Source of the DNA: Nitrospirota bacterium
GTDB taxonomy: Bacteria; Nitrospirota; Thermodesulfovibrionia; UBA6902; BMS3Bbin08
Direction of reading: 5' to 3'
NCBI GenBank assembly: GCA_030637135.1
Contig: DAOVVO010000002.1
Span: 1-33,676 of the forward strand
DNA: 33,676 nucleotides
The notes beneath the pieces were generated by a model, which was given only the letters and a program-made list of their open reading frames with translations, was not told the DNA's origin and did no database searches. The position numbers and the translations under genes were made by a program. This document shows positions 7,471 to 15,434 of this stretch, piece after piece (the stretch's first letter is position 1; each line of letters begins with the position of its first letter).

Positions 7471-7998
7471 ATGAAAGAGGAAATTGTAAATAAGGCTAAA
7501 TATATTAAATTATTGATACTTGATGTAGATGGGGTGCTGACAGACGGCAGCATAATTCTTGATAACACAGGAAATGAACTTAAAATGTTTCATGTAAGAG
7601 ATGGTCATGCTATAAAGATGTTAAAGAAAGTGGGGATAAAGGTCGCTCTCATATCAGGCCGGAAATCCCACGTTGTTGAAAGAAGAGCCGAAGAACTTGG
7701 TATCATAGAGGTTCATCAAGGCATTTTCAAGAAATCGGCTGTTTATGAATCACTCCTTCAGAAATATAAATGCAATGATGCAGAGACGGCATTTATGGGC
7801 GATGATATCGTTGATATTGAGCTTCTTAAAAGGGCTGGTCTTTCTGCGGTACCTGCCGATGCAGATGAAGGAGTTAAAAAATGGGCAGCTTTTATATCAA
7901 CCAAGAAAGGTGGTAGAGGCGCTGTCAGGGAATTTATAGAATTAATCTTAAAGTCATCAGGACTCTGGGATAAGGTATCCGGTGAATCCATTGATTAA
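7471..7998 (+). CDS. kdsC: Kdo-8-phosphate phosphatase (HAD superfamily)
   Basis: 175 aa. Has the HAD motif I LILDVDGVLTDG, then GDD..D, and sits in the kdsA-kdsD-kdsC order. Confidence 0.88.
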   Translation: MKEEIVNKAKYIKLLILDVDGVLTDGSIILDNTGNELKMFHVRDGHAIKMLKKVGIKVALISGRKSHVVERRAEELGIIEVHQGIFKKSAVYESLLQKYKCNDAETAFMGDDIVDIELLKRAGLSAVPADADEGVKKWAAFISTKKGGRGAVREFIELILKSSGLWDKVSGESID

Positions 7999-8515
7999 CA
8001 TCCCAATCATTATAACTTTTAGTAGAATACTCCTGATTCCGATTTTCATTTTGGTGGTCAGCACGAAACCGCTCTTAGGAACTATCATTTTTTTATTAGC
8101 AATCTTGACAGATATTTTTGACGGATATATAGCACGGAAGTCAAAACAGGTAACAAAACTCGGGATGCTCCTTGATCCCCTGGCTGATAAGCTCTTAACA
8201 ATATCTGCACTCATTGTTCTTGTTGATATGGGTTTTATTGAAGCCTGGATTGCTATTGTTATAATTGCCAGGGAATTCATTGTTACGGGTTTGAGAATAG
8301 TTGCGTTATCAAAGGATATAATAATCCCCGCTGAAATGGGTGGGAAAATAAAGACTACCGCGCAGTTCGTATCAATAGTAATTCTCCTCCTTGACCGCTC
8401 TTTGGTTAGTTTAGATTTATACACCATGGGAATTGCCCTGTTATGGTTTGCAATGCTTGTCGGTATTGCATCCGGGATTCAATATTTTGTTCTTTTCTGG
8501 AAACGGTTAACATGA
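7982..8515 (+). CDS. pgsA: CDP-diacylglycerol--glycerol-3-phosphate 3-phosphatidyltransferase
   Basis: 177 aa with a GTG start. Carries the CDP-alcohol phosphatidyltransferase motif DGYIAR...G...DPLADK and is a polytopic membrane protein. Confidence 0.88.
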   Translation: MNPLINIPIIITFSRILLIPIFILVVSTKPLLGTIIFLLAILTDIFDGYIARKSKQVTKLGMLLDPLADKLLTISALIVLVDMGFIEAWIAIVIIAREFIVTGLRIVALSKDIIIPAEMGGKIKTTAQFVSIVILLLDRSLVSLDLYTMGIALLWFAMLVGIASGIQYFVLFWKRLT

Positions 8516-9150
8516 CAGACCTTCAAAATTTAAGTGCTACCTTATCTTTTTTATTTGAACCACAGATGTATCTTATTCCCACAGCTTACATTATCGGTTC
8601 TATTCCTTTTGGGATTCTCGTTGCGAAACAGAAAGGTATAGATTTACAAAACGTAGGCAGTAAAAATATTGGGGCAACAAATGTTCTCAGGTCAGTAGGC
8701 AAAGTCCCTGCGATAATAACTTTGCTTGGAGACTCTTTGAAAGGCACAAGTGCTGTTTTGCTCGGAAGGGTTATGATTGGGGACGAGTTCTGGGAAGGAA
8801 TAATGGGGATAATGGCTGTTCTGGGACATCTTTTTTCAGTGTTTCTCTCTTTCAGGGGCGGAAAGGGAGTTGCTACGGGTTTTGGTGTTTTTATTGTATA
8901 CAGTCCGGTAGCTACTCTTATTGCACTTGTTATCTGGATTTTCACAGCAATTTTTACGAGATATTCTTCTCTTGCAGCGATAACCGCTTTTCTGTCACTG
9001 CCTGTACTCATTGCGTTGTTTGATGCAACGAGAATAAAAATATCCTTTGCAATACTGATTACTTTTTTGATAATTTTAAGCCATAGGGAGAATATCAAAA
9101 ACCTCATCCGTGGAACGGAGGATAAATTTAGAGACAAGGAACGACCTTAA
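8512..9150 (+). CDS. plsY: Glycerol-3-phosphate acyltransferase PlsY
   Basis: Motifs GSIPFG, GSKNIGATN and FLSFRGGKGVAT. The preferred start is ATG 8512, which overlaps the pgsA stop as ATGA. The track ORF starts at 8443. Confidence 0.88.
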   Translation: MTDLQNLSATLSFLFEPQMYLIPTAYIIGSIPFGILVAKQKGIDLQNVGSKNIGATNVLRSVGKVPAIITLLGDSLKGTSAVLLGRVMIGDEFWEGIMGIMAVLGHLFSVFLSFRGGKGVATGFGVFIVYSPVATLIALVIWIFTAIFTRYSSLAAITAFLSLPVLIALFDATRIKISFAILITFLIILSHRENIKNLIRGTEDKFRDKERP

Positions 9151-9184
9151 ACATATTTCATGAGAAAAGAATATGCTATGAGCT

Positions 9185-10954
9185 ATGAGTAAGAAACTGA
9201 GATTTATGATACTATGTATGCTCCTTCTCTCTCTCTGTGTCTCAGAAAATACCTCATACGCTAAAGATGTGGAAAGGTTTCCTTCAATCAATAAACCTTT
9301 CAGTTCAGGATTATATTTTGATTTTGTTGAGCTTATAGAGTACAGGGCCGAAAAAGGGCTTAAAAATTTAGAACCTCACTCTCTCGTCCTGATAAACGAA
9401 GGATTAAAGGCATATAATAAAAAGAGACAAAGAGAGGCTGCTTTATTTTTTGAAAAAGCACGAGAGCTTTCACCTGACCTGCCTCTGACCTATATTTACC
9501 TGACCAGTATTAATTTCTCTTTCTCTAAGCAAGGATTTGCTAAATCATCAGAGTATTTGCTGGGTGCGGTAAAAGCTTTTCTCAATAACTTCTGGTGGTC
9601 ATTTCAGACAACCGGAATATTTTCCCTAAGCCTGTTCTTTGCTTTTTACATATCTGGCATTTTTTTTCTCATAACACTAAGTTCTTCGAAGCTCAGGCTT
9701 TATATCCACGATAGTGTTGAGGATAAGAGAAAAATATTGTATGTGCTCCCTTCTGTTATCCTCATATTGTTAGGACCAATATTTGGTTTAATCGGCTTTA
9801 TTATTCCTTTTTGGGTTTATTTTCAGAGGAAAGAAAAAGCAGCGGTCTTGGGTATTATAACAATGGCAGCACTTATACTCGTTGCAGTTCCATGGTTATT
9901 TTCTCTCCCCGGGGTATTACAGGATAAGGCAGTTTTTAATATAGCTAAAATAAACGAAGGAGTACATACGGGGGAGATACCAGAGCTCATTGATGATGAT
10001 GACAGTTATGAGACAGCTTTTACATATGCCCTGGACCTTAAAAGAAAAGGTTATTACGCCGAGGCAGCAACAATATATAAAAACCTTCTCGCTCGGTATA
10101 ATGATGGCAGAATCTACAATAACCTTGCAAACTGTTTTATTGGGATAGGAGATTATGAGACAGCAATAAAGTATTACAACAAAGCGTTGCAGTTAACAAA
10201 AATGGCTTCAACATATTACAATCTTAGTCAGATTTACCGGGAATCCTTTGACTTTGACAAGGCTGATGAATATTACTTGAGAGCAACAGAAATTGACCCG
10301 TTGAAGGTAAATTTTTTTAATGAGGTAAAAGGTAGATCTGTTAATCGTTTTGTGATGGATGAAACTCTCAGCACTAAGGATTTATGGTTGTTAAGTTTCA
10401 GACGCGCTAAGGATTATAAGTCGACAATGTTTCTGAAAAATATGCTCTCATTCATAGGCAGGGAGTTTTCGGTGGTTTTGCTTTTTTTAAGCATCATTGG
10501 TTTTCTTATTTTTAATCAGTATGTTTCATATGGGGCGTATAGCTGTTTGAGATGTGGGAAAATATATTGCAGAAAATGTGAAAAGAAAATGTCTCGTGAA
10601 AATGTGTGTCGTACATGTTTTAAAACACTGATACGAATGGGTGAGTTGACACCTCGGGAAAGGGTTGAGAAATTTTTGGAGGTACAGCGCTACAAAAGCA
10701 ATAAAAAAAGGATCATTAAGATTTTAACTTTTATTTTTCCCGGGAGCGGCCATGTTTATCATGGATGGACTGTATATGGTCTTCTTCTTATGGTAGGAAT
10801 TACGTTTTTTCTAATTTCCGGTTTGCTCTGGCTTTATATTCCAGCACACGTATCGATGAACCTGGTATCTTCTGTTTTTAAGTGGGTATCTATATCGGGT
10901 TTTATTATCATGTATCTCACCACCGTAATAAACATATTAAGGAGGGTTCCTTAA
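9185..10954 (+). CDS. Polytopic membrane protein with TPR repeats and an internal CxxC...CxxC zinc-ribbon
   Basis: 589 aa. Has a signal-like N-terminus, several hydrophobic helices, TPR-like repeats (AATIYKNLL..., AIKYYNKALQL..., ADEYYLRATEIDP) and CLRCGKIYCRKCEKKMSRENVCRTC. Confidence 0.6.
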   Translation: MSKKLRFMILCMLLLSLCVSENTSYAKDVERFPSINKPFSSGLYFDFVELIEYRAEKGLKNLEPHSLVLINEGLKAYNKKRQREAALFFEKARELSPDLPLTYIYLTSINFSFSKQGFAKSSEYLLGAVKAFLNNFWWSFQTTGIFSLSLFFAFYISGIFFLITLSSSKLRLYIHDSVEDKRKILYVLPSVILILLGPIFGLIGFIIPFWVYFQRKEKAAVLGIITMAALILVAVPWLFSLPGVLQDKAVFNIAKINEGVHTGEIPELIDDDDSYETAFTYALDLKRKGYYAEAATIYKNLLARYNDGRIYNNLANCFIGIGDYETAIKYYNKALQLTKMASTYYNLSQIYRESFDFDKADEYYLRATEIDPLKVNFFNEVKGRSVNRFVMDETLSTKDLWLLSFRRAKDYKSTMFLKNMLSFIGREFSVVLLFLSIIGFLIFNQYVSYGAYSCLRCGKIYCRKCEKKMSRENVCRTCFKTLIRMGELTPRERVEKFLEVQRYKSNKKRIIKILTFIFPGSGHVYHGWTVYGLLLMVGITFFLISGLLWLYIPAHVSMNLVSSVFKWVSISGFIIMYLTTVINILRRVP

Positions 10955-10956
10955 AC

Positions 10957-12003
10957 GTGGCTTTAGAGGGATTTTTACATGAATTTGGGCTGGCTGACAT
11001 CCTGCAGCTTATATACTTTCAGAGGAAGACCGGAATTCTTTATATTGACGGCAAGAAAAATAAAATAAAACTAAGCTTTATCAATGGAAATATTACCGGT
11101 CTGGAGTCCAAGAGGAAGGTCGAAAACACAAGAATTGGAAGGATTCTGATGAGAAAGAAATTAATATCTCAAAATGATTTAACTGCTGCTTTAAATGTGC
11201 AGGAAGAAGAACCTTTTAAGTTAGGACATATATTTGTAAAACGCGGGCTTGTTTCGAAAGAGGCCGTCATAGAAGTTATAGAGGAGCAAGTCATAGATAT
11301 CTTGGTACAGATTTTTATGTGGAAAGAAGGAAGATACGAATTTACACCCCAGGAGATTCCTGTTGATAAAGAACTCACCATTTCTCTTGATACTCAGCAC
11401 CTGCTGATGGGTGGTGTGCAAATAATTGATGAATTGTCGGTAATTGATGGCAAAATTGATTTAGGCGGTGTCTATAAAAAAATCAAAGAACCTCAGCTGG
11501 ATGAAGTTGATGACATTGAACAAGCAATTCTCAAACTTATTGATGGCGACAGTGATGTGAGCACACTTATTAATATTAGCCCTTATGAAGAGTTTGAAAC
11601 TTCAAAGGCGATAATATCCTTACAAGAAAAGGGGATAATAGACCTTGTCAAAATTTACCTGGATAGAAAGCAGGCAGCAGTCCCTGGCGAGAAGAAACAG
11701 TGGCCCTTTTACTCCATAATTTTTGGTGTATTCATAATTATTCTCATTTTCCTTTATAAAGGTAATCTCAATGCTTTCAGGGTTTTTAAAAATGCAGAAA
11801 TGAAAATGAATATAGAAAGGTTGAAAACGAACGTTGAGCTGTACAATGCAGCCAATGGACGATATCCGGAAAACCTTGAAGTTTTTGATAAGAAGAAAGA
11901 TTCTTGGGGAAGGACATTTATATATAAATCAAAAGCACAAGGTTTTCAGCTTTTTAGCGGAGGACCTGATGGGATTGCAGGGACAGCTGATGATGTGTAT
12001 TAA
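10957..12003 (+). CDS. DUF4388-like N-domain / TM helix / type II secretion pseudopilin (GspG)-like C-domain protein
   Basis: The preferred start is GTG 10957, 11 nt after the SD AGGAGGG. The N-terminus LEGFLHEFGLADILQLIYFQRKTGILYI matches the DUF4388 signature. The TM helix is WPFYSIIFGVFIIILIFLY. The C-terminus is GRYPENL...DSWGRTFIY...FQLFSGGPDGIAGTADDV, as in GspG globular domains. Confidence 0.65.
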   Translation: MALEGFLHEFGLADILQLIYFQRKTGILYIDGKKNKIKLSFINGNITGLESKRKVENTRIGRILMRKKLISQNDLTAALNVQEEEPFKLGHIFVKRGLVSKEAVIEVIEEQVIDILVQIFMWKEGRYEFTPQEIPVDKELTISLDTQHLLMGGVQIIDELSVIDGKIDLGGVYKKIKEPQLDEVDDIEQAILKLIDGDSDVSTLINISPYEEFETSKAIISLQEKGIIDLVKIYLDRKQAAVPGEKKQWPFYSIIFGVFIIILIFLYKGNLNAFRVFKNAEMKMNIERLKTNVELYNAANGRYPENLEVFDKKKDSWGRTFIYKSKAQGFQLFSGGPDGIAGTADDVY

Positions 12004-12056
12004 ACAAAATAGCGTGATTCATCAGTTCTTTTTTACTTCCAATTTCCACCTCAAAT

Positions 12057-12189
12057 CCCGAAAAGGGGCGTTGCCCCCGAAAAGGGACGTTGCCCCGCCG
12101 GGGCTTTACGCCTACCGGGGCTCTACGCCCACTGGGGCTTTACGCCTACCGGGGCTCTACGCCCATCTGGACTTTACGTATCTGGCCCC
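12057..12189 (+). repeat. Tandem repeat array: 2 x ~18-nt CCCGAAAAGGGRCGTTGC, then 4-6 x 17-nt YGGGGCTYTACGCCYAC
   Basis: 17-nt units at 12099-12115, 12116-12132, 12133-12149 and 12150-12166. Alternate units are identical except for the first base (C vs T in units 1 and 3) or the last base (C vs T in units 2 and 4), so the effective period is 34 nt. Degenerate units follow to about 12189, ending 10 nt before the queC ATG. Confidence 0.85.
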
Positions 12190-12198
12190 TTTTTATCC

Positions 12199-13029
12199 AT
12201 GAAACCAGCAGTTGTCCTCTTAAGTGGCGGTATCGATTCAACAACTACGTTAGCAGTAGCAAAAGCAGAGGACTTTGATGTAAACGCGATCAGCTTTCAT
12301 TATGGACAAAGGCATGATATAGAAATTAACGCGGCAAAACAGTGTGCTGCATATTTTCATGTCCGGGAGCATCATATTATTAATTTTGACCTCAGAGAAA
12401 TAGGAAAATCCGCCCTTACATCTGACATAGAAGTACCAAAAAACAGATTACAAAAATCAGAATACAGAAAGAAAAAGGAAAACAATGTACATCCGTGCAT
12501 TGATTTCTGCGCTCAGGTTTCTGATATTCCTGTTACCTATGTGCCCGCAAGAAATGCCATTTTTTTATCCTTCGCACTGTCTTATGCTGAGAGTATTGGT
12601 GCAGAGAATATTTTTATGGGTGCCAATGCTGTTGACTATAGCGGTTACCCTGACTGCAGGCCTGAGTTTATAAGTGCTTTTGAAAAAATGGCTAACCTTG
12701 CTACAAAAGTTTCAGTTGAGCAAGGGCTAAGATTTAAAGTACGAACGCCTCTAATCAACCTTACAAAAGGGGAAATAATAAAGAAGGGGATTAAGCTGGG
12801 CGTTGATTTCTCTCTTACATGGAGCTGTTATGACCCGCAACCTAAAAGAGTCCAGAGTCCAGAGTCCAGAGTCCAGGACAAAGGCAAAATGGCCAAATTC
12901 CGAACTCCAAACTCAAGACTACAGACTCTTTACGTTCCCTGTATGGGATGTGATAGCTGTCTTTTAAGGGCGAAAGGTTTTAAAGAAGCAGGGATAGAAG
13001 ACCCCTTATTACTTAAGGTAAAGAATTGA
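12199..13029 (+). CDS. queC: 7-cyano-7-deazaguanine synthase, with two lineage-specific insertions
   Basis: 276 aa. Has the PP-loop VVLLSGGIDSTT, then YGQRH, VPARN, DYSGYPDCR and the Zn motif SCY...C.GCDSCLLRAKGF. It is about 45 aa longer than the ~230-aa QueC I recall. Confidence 0.88.
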   Translation: MKPAVVLLSGGIDSTTTLAVAKAEDFDVNAISFHYGQRHDIEINAAKQCAAYFHVREHHIINFDLREIGKSALTSDIEVPKNRLQKSEYRKKKENNVHPCIDFCAQVSDIPVTYVPARNAIFLSFALSYAESIGAENIFMGANAVDYSGYPDCRPEFISAFEKMANLATKVSVEQGLRFKVRTPLINLTKGEIIKKGIKLGVDFSLTWSCYDPQPKRVQSPESRVQDKGKMAKFRTPNSRLQTLYVPCMGCDSCLLRAKGFKEAGIEDPLLLKVKN

Positions 13030-13144
13030 TACGTTCGGCGGCAAACAAACCCTATCCTTTAGGGTAAAGAAAATACAGGTATCGCTCAGTATAAACCCTG
13101 AGCGAAGTCGAAGGGTTAAGTCGGGGACAGTCGAATGGGTTGAT
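13026..13144 (+). repeat. Intergenic modular repeat, copy A (modules M1-M3-M5)
   Basis: TTGATACGTTCGGCGGCA..CCTTTAGGGTAAAGAAAATACAGGTATCGCTCAGTAT..CCCTGAGCGAAGTCGAAGGGTTAAGTCGGGGACAGTCGAATGGGTTGAT. The last 49 nt are identical to copy C and differ by 1 nt from copy B. The repeat overlaps the queC stop codon. Confidence 0.9.
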
Positions 13145-13252
13145 CATGGAATTACTGGATAAAAAATAGTAATTTTTTTCTGGAGAAAGTGATAATGTAT
13201 TCTCAGTGTGTGAGTTCAGCACCTAAACGTTATTACACATATATGAACAGAC

Positions 13253-14629
13253 ATGGATATGAATTTACAAAATAAACAGCGCTGTTTCATGAGAATATTT
13301 GTCATAATTCTTTTATTGTGGGTTTTACCGTTACCCCTTTATGCAGCCACATTACCTCAATCAGTCTATACCATTCAGACTGTAAGTCTTCGGGATATAC
13401 AGACAGCCAATAAACACTTTGATGCTATTACCCGTAAATTAGTGGAACAAAAGCTGGAATATCTCAGGACAGAAAGAATCGGGGAATACTATTCTCTGAG
13501 GCTTGGTAAGTTTGACGGCCATGCCAGCGCAGAGAAATTTCTCAAGACAATTAAGTCACAACTGCCCTTAGCTATGGTAATGAAGGCGTATTATAAAGAG
13601 GAACGTATTGTAAGGATGTATGAAAGCCCCAGGCAATTGAGAGAAAAGGCCATACAGGAACCTGTATCGAGCGAGATGCCTGATGAAATAAAAACACAGG
13701 CTCGTAAAACACATGATCAGATTATTGAAAGAAAAGACCAGAAGGAAATACAAAAACAGCAAAAAATATTTACTCAAGCCGAAGAACAAGAACCCCTTTA
13801 CTCTGCCGGACCATGGAAAGGGAAGGTTATAGAAGCGGTAGCCAAGGTGCCAGTTGAAAAGGCAGTAGTTGCAGCTATATGGCATAGACAATACGATACG
13901 AGGTTTACTGTCTTAACAGACGTTCATGACGCTCAAGAGGTCTTAACCGACGATGAAGGCAATTTTGAAATACCTGCATATACAGAAACGGGAAAACATA
14001 AAGATACCTGGCGTAAACCGAACATACCAGGACCTGAGGGACCGGTTGAATTTTTTATCCGTGGTCCTGTAATAGATGACCCGAAGTTTATTATATACAA
14101 GCCTGGCTTTGCTCCCTATCCAGATCAGGCTGAACTTATTATTTTCCCCACTAAATCTTTTTATGTTGACTACGCAGAATTTTATAAGGCCAATGTAAAA
14201 GGTGAGACTTTAACACTTTTCAAAAACAGCACAAAAAATTTTCCAGAAGGGTTGATTTATACAGGGAAAGCATGCTCTCCTTTTCTGGATAAGTTCAGAA
14301 AAACCTCTGATTTCAGGATTGGTTCAGTTTTTCTCCCCATGAACAACGCAGAAGAGAGGATAAAAAGACTTGATATTCCTCTTGATTGTCCGGAGCAAGC
14401 GGAACCAATCCCTGAGCTTATCCCGGGGTATAAACATGATTTGAAAAATCCTTTGAAAAAAGGTGGATATGTACTTATTGAAGTATCAAAAGTAACAACG
14501 GAAGAGAATCGGAGTATAATCCCGAAAGAACCATCGGATATAGTCGCGAACAAACTGCCGCTTCTATTACAGTTTATAAAAGAGGGCAGAGCACTTCGGG
14601 AAAGGGAAACAGGAAAAGATAAACCATAA
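13253..14629 (+). CDS. Secreted protein with an N-terminal SPOR-like (peptidoglycan-binding) domain and an unknown C-terminal domain
   Basis: 458 aa. Has a signal peptide (IFVIILLLWVLPLPLYA). The stretch YTIQTVSLRD...YYSLRLGKFDGHASAEKFLKTIK resembles a SPOR repeat. The start is uncertain (13253 or 13289). Confidence 0.55.
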   Translation: MDMNLQNKQRCFMRIFVIILLLWVLPLPLYAATLPQSVYTIQTVSLRDIQTANKHFDAITRKLVEQKLEYLRTERIGEYYSLRLGKFDGHASAEKFLKTIKSQLPLAMVMKAYYKEERIVRMYESPRQLREKAIQEPVSSEMPDEIKTQARKTHDQIIERKDQKEIQKQQKIFTQAEEQEPLYSAGPWKGKVIEAVAKVPVEKAVVAAIWHRQYDTRFTVLTDVHDAQEVLTDDEGNFEIPAYTETGKHKDTWRKPNIPGPEGPVEFFIRGPVIDDPKFIIYKPGFAPYPDQAELIIFPTKSFYVDYAEFYKANVKGETLTLFKNSTKNFPEGLIYTGKACSPFLDKFRKTSDFRIGSVFLPMNNAEERIKRLDIPLDCPEQAEPIPELIPGYKHDLKNPLKKGGYVLIEVSKVTTEENRSIIPKEPSDIVANKLPLLLQFIKEGRALRERETGKDKP

Positions 14630-14640
14630 GTTTGTCATCC

Positions 14641-15246
14641 TTATTTTTTACCAATGATTTTTTTTAGAATTTTTTGCACCTGAGGTTTTATATCCTTCTG
14701 AGCTGAATTATTGTTTATCAGAAAATCTGCGGCGGCTTTCTTCCAGGAGGTCGGGAGCTGCGCCTGCATTCTTTTGAGTACTTGTTCTCTGGATAGACCG
14801 CGTTTTCTCAGTCGTTCTGTGGCTTTTGCCTTGCTGCAGTACACAAATATAATTTTATCGAATATTTTTTCATAACCAGCCTCAAAGAGCAGGGGAACCT
14901 CAAAAACAATCACTGCATCGCGTTCTTTAACTAATATTTTTCTTTTCATGTTTTTCGCACGTTTTATAACTTCTGGGTGAATCGTTTTTTCTGCATAACG
15001 TCGTTTTTGAGGATCATTAAAAATTATATCTGCCATGATTTTTTTGTTGATTAAAGTTTTTGAGTTTATTTTTGTCAGTATATTCCTGCCGAGGTGGCGA
15101 GAAAGTTTTTTTATTATTCGCGGATTTTTTAATAATTCATGGACAAGCCTGTCAGCATTAATGGTATATGCCCCTGATTTCCTGAAAAATTTCAAAACTG
15201 TTGTTTTGCCAGTTCCTAAGTTGCCTGTAAGACCAATAAATGGCAT
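14641..15246 (-). CDS. coaE: Dephospho-CoA kinase
   Basis: 201 aa. Has the P-loop IGLTGNLGTGKTTV and VPLLFE, with CoaE length and layout. Confidence 0.88.
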   Translation of the reverse strand: MPFIGLTGNLGTGKTTVLKFFRKSGAYTINADRLVHELLKNPRIIKKLSRHLGRNILTKINSKTLINKKIMADIIFNDPQKRRYAEKTIHPEVIKRAKNMKRKILVKERDAVIVFEVPLLFEAGYEKIFDKIIFVYCSKAKATERLRKRGLSREQVLKRMQAQLPTSWKKAAADFLINNNSAQKDIKPQVQKILKKIIGKK

Positions 15247-15434
15247 ATTAAATTATATCAAAACTTATCATTTTAATATTTAACTTTCATGAGCAGGACA
15301 CTGTAAGGTAATATATAAAAAAAATATGGTATTTAAACTAAACCGTCCCGATAATCAACTCGCTTATTTGTATGACCCTTCCGGGGTAACGTAAATGACT
15401 TGTCAGGTTAGATTTTTTAAGCTAATATATCCCC

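Noticed and set aside
12180-12195. DnaA-box-like TTATCCATG, and an oriC signal suggested by the strand switch near 3 kb
   Set aside because: It is a single imperfect box with no cluster, and there is no dnaA or dnaN nearby. The strand switch is explained by ordinary divergent operons.
11834-12278. ORFs 11834..12202 and 12090..12278 spanning the tandem repeats
   Set aside because: Their repetitive GALRLPGLYAY-type translation comes directly from the 17-nt repeats. They overlap the real 3' end of the DUF4388-like gene and the 5' end of queC.
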